From an uncultured Coxiellaceae bacterium (GTDB lineage: Bacteria; Myxococcota_A; Polyangia; Polyangiales; Houyiibacteriaceae): 62,228 bases of DNA. Below the pieces are notes generated by a model, which ran no database searches, was not told where the DNA came from, and was given only the letters and a program-made list of their open reading frames with translations. Positions 1 to 7,059 of this stretch are shown here, in pieces (within the stretch, counting starts at the first letter, position 1; each line of letters starts with the position of its first letter). The DNA is taken from assembly GCA_964194675.1 (NCBI GenBank), contig CAXMND010000131.1:1-62228 (forward strand). Direction: 5' to 3'. The position numbers and the translations under genes are program-made.

Positions 1-1354
1 GGTCGATGCCCCCGAGGTCTTCGGGGGCCCCAGAGTCACCCATGTAGCCAAGCGCCTGGAGCATCGTGACGGTCTGTGGGTCGAGAGGGTTCGCCTCTGC
101 GACCAAGGCAAAGCGTTTGCTATCTTCGATGACCCGGGTCAGTGCCGCTTCGAGCTCGAGCGCCCGGGCTATGGCCGCGCTAGAGCCGCCGCCCTCCAAG
201 AGATTGCGCAGCTCACCGGGGTCCGTTCTCCGGTCATAGAGCTCGGGGCGCGGCGCACGGATGTAGGTCCATGCGTCTTGGCGCACCCCTTCCAGGTGCG
301 CCATACCGAACATCAGCTCCGGATGAAATGATTCCGAGTATTGAACCAGCGATGCGGAAGGGGCGCCGCTTGCAAAGGCCTCGCTCAGATCGGCGCCTTG
401 CGTCTCACCCGACTTCTTTCCGGCAAGACTCAGAATCGTCGGCATGATGTCCACGCTTCGCGCCGGACCGTCGTAGACCCTGCCGGCGGGGAGCTTGCGG
501 GGGTAGCGGAAGATCAACGGCACGCGTTGGGTGGATTCGTAAATGAACATCGCGTGCGTAGCTTCCCGATGCTCGCCGAGGCTCTCTCCGTGGTCCGATG
601 TGAAGACGAGGATCGTGTCGTCGAGAACCCCATTGGGCTCCAACGCTTTGACGAGTCTGCCTATTTGTCGATCGACGCTCGCGATCTCTCCGTCGTAGGG
701 CGTTGCCGAAAGCTTGGCGTCGGCCTCGGGCGGTTCATATGGCGCATGCGGGTCGAAGAGATGCACCCACAGAAAGAACGGAGAAGGGGAAGCAGACTCC
801 GTGCGTACGTCGAGCCAATGGAGCACCCGGTCCATCGTTCGTTCCCCAGAACGCTGCCGCATCCGCGCGCCTGAACCCTTCGCCTCGCTCCAAAGGTCAT
901 CGTCATAGCCGTCGAAGCCTTGGTTCAGGTTGAAGCGGCGGTGCAGAACCTCTGTGGACACGAACGCTTGCGTTTGGTAGCCCTCGGCTTTGAGACTCTC
1001 CGCGAGTGTCTGGACGCTATCCGGAACCCGGAACGCCCCGTTTCCCCGCACGCTGTGTGCGGGCGGCTCGAGGCCCGTCAAGATCGACGTGTGCGACGGA
1101 AGCGTGAGCGGAGTCGGGGCGATTGCGTGTTCGATCCGGACTCCTTCGTCCGCCAAGCGGTCGGTGTGAGGCGTGTGTGCGTGCTCGTATCCGTAACAAC
1201 CAAGGCGGTCGGCCCTCAGTGTGTCGACCGTGATGAGAAGCACGTTCGGAGGGGAAGCCGGTGCCTTGGCGGTGTCCGGTTCGGGCGCGCGCCTGCAAGC
1301 GGTCGACATGCCAAGCGATATCGTGAGGGCGAAGGCGAGCGTCTTCGGAGACAT
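1..1354 (-). CDS. sulfatase-like hydrolase/transferase (alkaline-phosphatase superfamily); 3' end runs off the window
   Basis: Minus-strand frame is open from ATG (1354-1352) to the window edge; it is absent from the ORF track because it is truncated. My translation starts MSPKTLAFALTISLGMSTAC (signal or lipoprotein-like). It then shows NVLLITVDTLRADRLGCYGY, PLTLPSHTSILTG, LWVHLFDPHAPY and VFTSDHGESLGEH, typical sulfatase-family metal and nucleophile motifs. Confidence 0.8.
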   Translation of the reverse strand, partial: MSPKTLAFALTISLGMSTACRRAPEPDTAKAPASPPNVLLITVDTLRADRLGCYGYEHAHTPHTDRLADEGVRIEHAIAPTPLTLPSHTSILTGLEPPAHSVRGNGAFRVPDSVQTLAESLKAEGYQTQAFVSTEVLHRRFNLNQGFDGYDDDLWSEAKGSGARMRQRSGERTMDRVLHWLDVRTESASPSPFFLWVHLFDPHAPYEPPEADAKLSATPYDGEIASVDRQIGRLVKALEPNGVLDDTILVFTSDHGESLGEHREATHAMFIYESTQRVPLIFRYPRKLPAGRVYDGPARSVDIMPTILSLAGKKSGETQGADLSEAFASGAPSASLVQYSESFHPELMFGMAHLEGVRQDAWTYIRAPRPELYDRRTDPGELRNLLEGGGSSAAIARALELEAALTRVIEDSKRFALVAEANPLDPQTVTMLQALGYMGDSGAPEDLGGID

Positions 1355-1428
1355 ATCCCAGAAGTCTATAAGACCAGCCTTATCGGGTCACGGGGTTTCA
1401 AGGGATCGAGGCCGAGACAGCCGAGGCT

Positions 1429-1453
1429 GAAAAAGCCCGCAAGAATAAGCGGG
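1429..1453 (-). terminator. putative intrinsic terminator just downstream of ssrA
   Basis: Minus strand reads CCCGC-TTATTCTT-GCGGG followed by CTTTTTC. It starts about 5 nt after the tmRNA 3' end. The stem is only 5 bp. Confidence 0.45.
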
Positions 1454-1457
1454 AAGT

Positions 1458-1818
1458 AGTGGAGGCGGTGGGAATCGAACCCACGTCCGGAAATGTTCCA
1501 GAACTGCATCTACGTGCGTAGTTTGTGATTTGAAATTCGCCTTGGGTTGCGCCCACAAACAGGCTCGCACCAACGCTAGTGGTTCTTCATCTCGTCATTG
1601 CGCCGAACCCGACTCGCAATGACCAGCCCGTTCAAATGACGCCTCCGCTAGAAGCACAGGCAAGCTTCTAGGTTCGACGGCTCTCTTGGCTTTACTTAGG
1701 CCGCGAGAGCAACTGCGTTATCGTTGGCAGTTGTACGTCCCAAACGTTTTTACGTCGTGCTTGGGCCGACGGACACGCAACCGAACCTTCATCATCCCCG
1801 TCGAAACCGGTCGCCCCC
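1458..1818 (-). ncRNA. ssrA: tmRNA (SsrA)
   Basis: Minus strand begins GGGGGCGACCGGTTTCGACGGGGATGATGAAGG at 1818. It ends GGACGTGGGTTCGATTCCCACCGCCTCCA at 1460, giving a tRNA-Ala-like acceptor with a G:U pair and a T-arm. The internal tag frame GCC AAC GAT AAC GCA GTT GCT CTC GCG GCC TAA (1728 to 1696) encodes ANDNAVALAA*. The CCA end is not fully encoded (CTA). Confidence 0.95.
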
Positions 1819-1966
1819 AAATTTTCAAAGACCGATACACTATGGGGTCGCGGCGCGCCTAACGCAAGTCGTGTGAAGCCCCGTGAACGGCGCGAAGCAT
1901 CGGCTTTACGGGGCATTTTGTCATCGTTGGCTGCGCTGTTAGGGTGCGGCTCAGCTGAGCTTGGCC

Positions 1967-3475
1967 ATGGCGCGGATCACGAAGAGTTTCCTCCGGGACA
2001 AGTTTCTTTCGATCGACACTCGCACCTTGGGTTTCACCCGGATCGCGATTGCGTTGTTGCTCCTCTTCGACCTCGCCAAGCGCGCCAACGAGATGTCGAT
2101 CTGGTACTTCGAGACGGGGCTCCTGCCGAACGTGATGCTCGCGGCCCGCCCGATGCGGCCGTACGGGACGTCGTTCCTCTCCTATGTGAGCTCCGACATG
2201 GGAGTACGGGTTGCGTTCGTGCTGATCGCGGTCGTGTATCTCTGTTTCCTCGTCGGCTTCTTCACCCGCCTTTTCCACGTTTTGAGCTTCGTCTGTTTGG
2301 TCTCCCTTCAGATTCGGGTCGACCTGATCGCCAACGGCGGTGACTTTGTGTTCTGCGACCTTGTTCTTTGGACTGCGTTCCTGCCCCTGGGAGCGTCCTT
2401 TTCGATCGATGCGTGGCGCCGGGACAAGGCCGAAAGGTCATCGACGCCTTCCCCGGTCGTGTCGTGGGCGGTGTCGGTCGCGATCCTACAGCTTGCAGTC
2501 ATTTACTACTTCAACGCGGTACACAAGAGCGGCGACACCTGGATCCAAGGAACGGCGGTCTACTGGGTAGCCCAGCAAGAGCATATCGTGACCTGGCTTG
2601 GCCTCTGGATGCGCGAGAACCTCCCGCTCTGGGTCTTCCAATTCCTCACCTATTTCTCTCTGGTCATCGAGTACCTGCTGCCGTGGTTGATTCTCTCGCC
2701 TTGGGGCCGCCCTTGGACACGTCGGGCGGCCATCCTCGGCGTCTTGGCGCTTCATCTCGGCATCGCCGCGATCGCGAATGTTGGTCTGTTCTCGATCGTG
2801 ATGATCGTGTACTCGACCCTCCTGATCAGTACGGAGGACTGGGACTGGCTTCGGGACAAGCTCTCCGCCCGCCGCGGCGATCGAAGCCAGCTGGTCCGCG
2901 CGCTCACGCTGCCTCCTGCCGACGCGATCCCGGCGCTACGACGGTCCCCGCTTCGATGGATGACCGGCTCGATGCTGGCGTACCTGTTCGTCGTCGCCAC
3001 ATCCCAAGTCCTCGTCGAAAACCCGGGCGTACCGAACGTTCTCAAGCATGAGCAGCCCCAGTGGATCCGAGCTACCGTCCAGACGTTCCGTCTCAATCAG
3101 GGCTGGATGATGTTTGCGAGCAACCCGCCTCGAGACGATATGTGGCTTGTCGTCGACGCGGTGGCTGAAGACGGCCGACACATCGATCCCCTCAACGAAT
3201 TGGGTTCCCGCCATTCGGACCCCGCGCTTCGCACGATTCCTCCCCGTCTCGCCCAGAACTACTACTTCTTCGACTATACCGCTCGCATCAAGGGCTTTCG
3301 CGCCTATCACCGAGGGTTGGTCGACTGGATTTATCGCTACCACGAGCGGACTGGAAACGATGCCGATCGAATCGTATCGTTCCGTGTCTACCACGTGACT
3401 CACATTCCTCCGGCCCCCGGCGAAGATGAGCCGCACGACGTGAAGGCAAGGTCCTTTCTGAAGAAGCAGCGATAA
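1967..3475 (+). CDS. HTTM domain membrane protein (vitamin K-dependent gamma-carboxylase-like)
   Basis: Track ORF 1961..3475. N-terminus reads SIDTRTLGFTRIAIALLLLFDLAKR...WYFETGLLP with multiple TM segments, typical of the HTTM family. Start is either ATG at 1967 or TTG at 1961. Confidence 0.7.
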   Translation: MARITKSFLRDKFLSIDTRTLGFTRIAIALLLLFDLAKRANEMSIWYFETGLLPNVMLAARPMRPYGTSFLSYVSSDMGVRVAFVLIAVVYLCFLVGFFTRLFHVLSFVCLVSLQIRVDLIANGGDFVFCDLVLWTAFLPLGASFSIDAWRRDKAERSSTPSPVVSWAVSVAILQLAVIYYFNAVHKSGDTWIQGTAVYWVAQQEHIVTWLGLWMRENLPLWVFQFLTYFSLVIEYLLPWLILSPWGRPWTRRAAILGVLALHLGIAAIANVGLFSIVMIVYSTLLISTEDWDWLRDKLSARRGDRSQLVRALTLPPADAIPALRRSPLRWMTGSMLAYLFVVATSQVLVENPGVPNVLKHEQPQWIRATVQTFRLNQGWMMFASNPPRDDMWLVVDAVAEDGRHIDPLNELGSRHSDPALRTIPPRLAQNYYFFDYTARIKGFRAYHRGLVDWIYRYHERTGNDADRIVSFRVYHVTHIPPAPGEDEPHDVKARSFLKKQR

Positions 3476-4332
3476 TGGGATTCACGCTTGGGGTCGCCGC
3501 CGCGCTCTGTTGGGCCGCTCTCGACGTCGTTCGCAAGGCGCTTGCCGACAAGGCGTCGCCGACGGCGTTGGCGATCGTGCTGTTGATCGGACAGTTGCCG
3601 TTCCTCGGCATCTGGGCAGCTGTCGATGAGACGTGGATCGTGAGAGAGGTCTACTGGGTGCCCGCACTCGCATCAATGACGATGAACGCGCTGGCGAATG
3701 TGCTCTTCATGCGTTCGCTGCAGCTCTCCGCGATGAGCCGCACGGTGCCGTTCCTTTCATTGTCGCCGGTGTTCGGTGCGCTCGTCGCGATCCCCTTGCT
3801 TGGAGAGATTCCCGATTCGCTGCACATGACTGGCTTCGGGCTGGTGGTGCTCGGCGCGTTCGTCCTCAACAGCGATCTGTCGAAGTCGTGGTGGCGTTCC
3901 GTCTTCAAGGAGAAGGGTGCACCGCACATGATTGCAGTCGCGTTTCTGTGGTCTGGCTCCGTGGCGCTCGACAAGGTGGCGCTGCCGCACGCGTCTGCGG
4001 CCTCTCATGCGTTTTTGCTCACCACGGGTAGTTCGTTGATGCTTCTTTTGTGGGTGAGCTTCCGAGGCGAGCTCAGCGACCTTCGGGCTGTGTGGACTGC
4101 GCCCAAGCCGTTGCTCGTGGGGCTCATCGGCTTTGCCGTGGCGGCTGTGGCCCTCCAGATGCTGTCGCTCGAGTGGCTTTGGGTGGCGGTCGTGGAGACC
4201 CTGAAACGCGGTCTGGGGGTCTTGGGCAGTATCGTTTTCGGCCGGCTCTTCTTCGCGGAGCCAATTACCGAGCGGAAACTGCTGGCCGGAGGCCTGATGG
4301 TGGCTGGGACCGTGCTGCTAGCCCTGATCTAG
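3475..4332 (+). CDS. EamA/DMT family transporter
   Basis: 285-aa polytopic membrane ORF with a duplicated EamA-like organisation. Its start overlaps the upstream stop (TAATG). Confidence 0.7.
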   Translation: MGFTLGVAAALCWAALDVVRKALADKASPTALAIVLLIGQLPFLGIWAAVDETWIVREVYWVPALASMTMNALANVLFMRSLQLSAMSRTVPFLSLSPVFGALVAIPLLGEIPDSLHMTGFGLVVLGAFVLNSDLSKSWWRSVFKEKGAPHMIAVAFLWSGSVALDKVALPHASAASHAFLLTTGSSLMLLLWVSFRGELSDLRAVWTAPKPLLVGLIGFAVAAVALQMLSLEWLWVAVVETLKRGLGVLGSIVFGRLFFAEPITERKLLAGGLMVAGTVLLALI

Positions 4333-4420
4333 GCGCTAGTGCGGGTGGGGTTGGGACCAATAGCCCGCCGAAGGCGGACCGGAGATGGCCAAGGCCTTTT
4401 TTATAGGCTAATCCTGGGGA

Positions 4421-4933
4421 GTGCCCGAAAGTGACCAACTCCCCGACAAGCTCCAGGTTGCCCGGTATTTGCTGCGCCAGGGCAGTGTCTTCGTGCACCT
4501 CGATCCTCGCGATGTCGGGGTCGTCGTCCCGCAGTGGTACCGCACCGAGCCGCAGCTAGTCCTGCAAATCGGGCTCGATATGCCGGTTCCGATTCCCGAC
4601 CTTCGTGTCGACGAAGAGGGCGTCTACGGCACCTTGTCCTTTAATCGCTCTCCCTTCACATGTCGGGTTGATTGGGATGCGGTGTTCGCGCTTGCGGGTG
4701 ATGACGGTCGAGGCATGGTCTGGCCGGACTCGATGCCCGAAGAGATTTCCCAGGAAATCGAGAGGGAAGCGGGTAGGGCATCCCCCCCAGATCCCACCAA
4801 GGATCTACCGGAGGAGCGCCCGTCGTTGCGGGTCTTGCCAAAGCTGGATGACTCGGAGCGCGAAGACATCACGCCGCGGGAAGTCACCACCAAACCCGGC
4901 GAGCTCCCCCCCTACCTCAAAGTGATCAAGTAA
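4421..4933 (+). CDS. sspB: ClpXP specificity-enhancing adaptor SspB
   Basis: Core PQLVLQIGLDMPVPIPDLRVDEEGVYGTLSFNRSPFTCRVDWDAVFAL is collinear with the E. coli SspB substrate-binding domain. An acidic linker follows. The C-terminal YLKVIK* matches the ClpX-binding LRVVK tail. GTG start. Confidence 0.8.
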   Translation: MPESDQLPDKLQVARYLLRQGSVFVHLDPRDVGVVVPQWYRTEPQLVLQIGLDMPVPIPDLRVDEEGVYGTLSFNRSPFTCRVDWDAVFALAGDDGRGMVWPDSMPEEISQEIEREAGRASPPDPTKDLPEERPSLRVLPKLDDSEREDITPREVTTKPGELPPYLKVIK

Positions 4934-5011
4934 ACCTTCGTCGACGCTGGCCCCCGCCGCTGCCGCGGGCAGCGATAGGCGTAGTTGTAGCCGCTGAAAC
5001 TACAGCCGATC

Positions 5012-5051
5012 AAAAAAGTAACGGCCCGGAAGGGGGGCTTCCGAGCCGTTA
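5012..5051 (-). terminator. rho-independent terminator (minus strand)
   Basis: 13-bp stem 5020-5032 / 5038-5050 with one mismatch and a 5-nt loop. On the minus strand it reads AACGGCTCGGAAG-CCCCC-CTTCCGGGCCGTT followed by CTTTTTTG (U6 = 5017-5012). Confidence 0.8.
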
Positions 5052-5158
5052 GAGAGATGACGATTTGGATGAAGTGGGGGGAAAACAAGCCAAATCGCCT
5101 GGTCTAACAACGCCGCAGGGGACGTGGGGGTACGTCTTCGCCACGGCGCTTATGTCGA
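5012..5158 (-). ncRNA. candidate sigma-54-dependent small RNA (~145 nt) with three C-rich loops
   Basis: Bounded by the sigma-54 promoter (5184-5169) and the terminator (5051-5012). No ATG-initiated ORF lies inside. Stem-loops are GACGU-ACCCCC-ACGUC (5136-5121), an 8-bp stem 5097-5090/5068-5061 with a CCCCCC-containing loop, and the terminator loop CCCCC. Confidence 0.5.
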
Positions 5159-5168
5159 AGTTACTGCA

Positions 5169-5184
5169 TGCGACTCTCGTGCCA
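5169..5184 (-). promoter_or_regulatory. sigma-54 (-24/-12) promoter
   Basis: Minus strand reads TGGCACG-AGAG-TCGCA. Against the consensus TGGCACG-N4-TTGCW this is 11/12 with correct GG/GC spacing. It lies in a non-coding AT-rich region. Confidence 0.6.
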
Positions 5185-5250
5185 AGAGGAAGAGAATGGG
5201 AATCACAAATGATCTCATATAGATTACTGATCGCTCCAGGGTGCGTTGAG

Positions 5251-5263
5251 TGCAGATCTGAAA
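5251..5263. promoter_or_regulatory. palindromic site 1, TGCAGATCTGAAA (candidate activator or operator site)
   Basis: CAGATCTG core centred about 99 bp upstream of the predicted sRNA start. It is the exact reverse complement of site 3 (5443-5455). Confidence 0.4.
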
Positions 5264-5422
5264 TTTTTTTGAAGTTCTGGGGACTTAACCCCTAAATCGC
5301 ACCTGATCACCCGATGGGGGACCCCCGAATGCGGGGTGGATCACAAACGACACATGTATGATTTAACCCTTACAGATGTACAACAGGCGTATCGGAGCTG
5401 GACAGGCGTGAGGCAGGTTACT

Positions 5423-5455
5423 TTTCAGATCTGAAATCTTTTTTTCAGATCTGCA
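5423..5455. promoter_or_regulatory. palindromic sites 2 and 3: TTTCAGATCTGAAA (perfect 14-bp palindrome) and TTTCAGATCTGCA
   Basis: Site centres are 20 bp apart. They lie immediately 3' of the phosphatase stop codon (5456-5458). Together they can also fold as an 11-bp hairpin. Confidence 0.4.
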
Positions 5456-6367
5456 TCACGGAACGCCATAGTCGAGGACCATAGGGTGTCTCTCCGAGAT
5501 CAGGAGGTCGGTCGCGGACCCCGCGAGCGGTTCTACGAAGCGGAAATCCTTGGTAGAAGGGTTGGCGGAGGTCTGCACCAACTCCGCGATCTCTCGACCG
5601 CTGCCAAATACTGACATCACCCCACCTGCACCCTTGGCACGAGCAACTTTGATTGCAGAGTTGAAATCCAACCCTGCTGGATTTCCCGCCGGATTAGCCC
5701 CATCGGAGGAGATCAGCTTGAGGACCACTTGGTCCGATCGCGGCTGATAGGTCTTACGGTGGTGATCCGGGACATGGGAATCGTCGTTGTGGCCCACGAG
5801 CTCCACGCGGTCGCCGGTAAATCGGAGAGTGCTGCGACCGGTGTTCCGCATCCTCCCGAGCGGCCAGGGCCACCTGCCGCGCGCGCCGATAAGGCCCGCC
5901 AGAATTGCCGCGATGATCCCACCATGGGTGAACACAATGGCTCGTCCGCCCTCGGGCATGCGTTCGCGCAGGGCGCGCAGGGCTCCGTCCGCTCGCGCGA
6001 ATACCTCCGGCCAGCTCTCTCCGCCTCCCACAGCAAATGTCTGGCGTTCTTTGAGCGCTGCGATTTGCTCTGGGAACTGCTCGACGACCTGTTCCATCGT
6101 CATGCCCTCCCAATCGCCCACGTCGATCTCGCGCCACGTCTGATCGAGCTCCAAAGGCCCGTGGGTGGATCGCGCCGAGTCGGCCGCGCGGCTCAGGTCG
6201 GAGCTGATGACGACGTCGTATTTCTCATCGGCGAGCGCTCGTTTGAGCGCGTCGGCCTGGGTCTGTCCGCGGTCGCTCAGGGGCGAATCCCCGTGGCCTT
6301 GCCACACGCCTCCGGCGTTGGAAACCGACTCGGCGTGTCGGACGAGACAGACCTCGAGCGCGCTCAT
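5456..6367 (-). CDS. histidine phosphatase family protein (PGM/CobC-like) with an uncharacterised ~100-aa C-terminal extension
   Basis: N-terminus [31 protein letters not shown] is the RHG motif. A later FTHGGII motif is present. The start overlaps the clpP stop (ATGA at 6364-6367). Confidence 0.75.
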   Translation of the reverse strand: MSALEVCLVRHAESVSNAGGVWQGHGDSPLSDRGQTQADALKRALADEKYDVVISSDLSRAADSARSTHGPLELDQTWREIDVGDWEGMTMEQVVEQFPEQIAALKERQTFAVGGGESWPEVFARADGALRALRERMPEGGRAIVFTHGGIIAAILAGLIGARGRWPWPLGRMRNTGRSTLRFTGDRVELVGHNDDSHVPDHHRKTYQPRSDQVVLKLISSDGANPAGNPAGLDFNSAIKVARAKGAGGVMSVFGSGREIAELVQTSANPSTKDFRFVEPLAGSATDLLISERHPMVLDYGVP

Positions 6368-6984
6368 GCCGCGGGCGCGACCCCTTCCTTGCGGGGCATG
6401 ATCACCTCGTCGATGATGCCGTACTCCTTGGCCTCGATCGCCGAGAGAAATTTGTCGCGTTCAGTATCGTGCCGAACTTTCTCGACGTCTTGTCCGGTGT
6501 GCTTGGCGAGGATCTCGTTTAGACGCTGCTTGGTGTGGAGGATCTCCCTGGCATGAATCTCGATGTCCGACGCCTGCCCCTGGTAACCGCCGAGCGGTTG
6601 GTGAATCATGACGCGACTGTGCGGAAGCGCGCGACGTAGCCCCTTGGTGCCTGAAGCCAGCAGGAACGCTCCCATCGAGGCGGCCTGCCCGAGGCACACG
6701 GTCGACACCGGGCATCGCACGTACCGAATAGTGTCGTAGATCGCCAGCCCTGACGAAACCAAACCGCCCGGGGTGTTGATGTAGATGGTGATCTCTCTGT
6801 CGGCGTCCTCGCTCTCGAGGTAGAGCAGCTGGGCGATGATCGCGTTCGCCACGAAATCGTCGAGCGGTGTCCCGAGGAAGACGATTCGGTCATTCAAAAG
6901 GCGGCTGTAAATATCCCAGGCCCGCTCCCCCCGGTGGGTTTCTTCGATGATAGTGATGGCACGCGTTGCTATGTCGTCGCTCAT
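6364..6984 (-). CDS. clpP: ATP-dependent Clp protease proteolytic subunit ClpP
   Basis: Shows [21 protein letters not shown]. Catalytic Ser in [11 protein letters not shown], His in MIHQPLGG and Asp in DTERDKF are all present. Confidence 0.95.
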   Translation of the reverse strand: MSDDIATRAITIIEETHRGERAWDIYSRLLNDRIVFLGTPLDDFVANAIIAQLLYLESEDADREITIYINTPGGLVSSGLAIYDTIRYVRCPVSTVCLGQAASMGAFLLASGTKGLRRALPHSRVMIHQPLGGYQGQASDIEIHAREILHTKQRLNEILAKHTGQDVEKVRHDTERDKFLSAIEAKEYGIIDEVIMPRKEGVAPAA

Positions 6985-7059
6985 GCGCTCAACGTAGTCC
7001 CTCAGGCCTCGCCCGCAATGAGGATTTTACGGACAAGGCTTCAGCGCTATGTTGCCTCA

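Noticed and set aside
1-1457. Genomic island integrated at the tmRNA 3' end
   Set aside because: No integrase, no direct repeat of the ssrA 3' end and no compositional shift are visible downstream of ssrA within the window. Only a sulfatase-like gene is present.
5049-5144. 31-codon GTG ORF (MAKTYPHVPCGVVRPGDLACFPPTSSKSSSL) inside the candidate sRNA
   Set aside because: It has no Shine-Dalgarno sequence and starts within about 15 nt of the predicted 5' end. It is built largely from the stem-loop sequences. It remains the main alternative if conservation shows codon periodicity.
5065-5295. 76-aa TTG-initiated plus-strand ORF in the AT-rich island
   Set aside because: It has no RBS and an odd composition. 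It runs across the terminator, the sRNA stems and the sigma-54 promoter on the opposite strand. The non-coding interpretation explains the sequence features better.
5328-5352. Possible degenerate third copy of the 65-bp repeat (GCGGGGTGGATCACAAACGAC versus GCGGTGTGGGTCACAACCACC)
   Set aside because: About 16/21 positions match over a short core, and the flanks do not align. This is insufficient to call homology.
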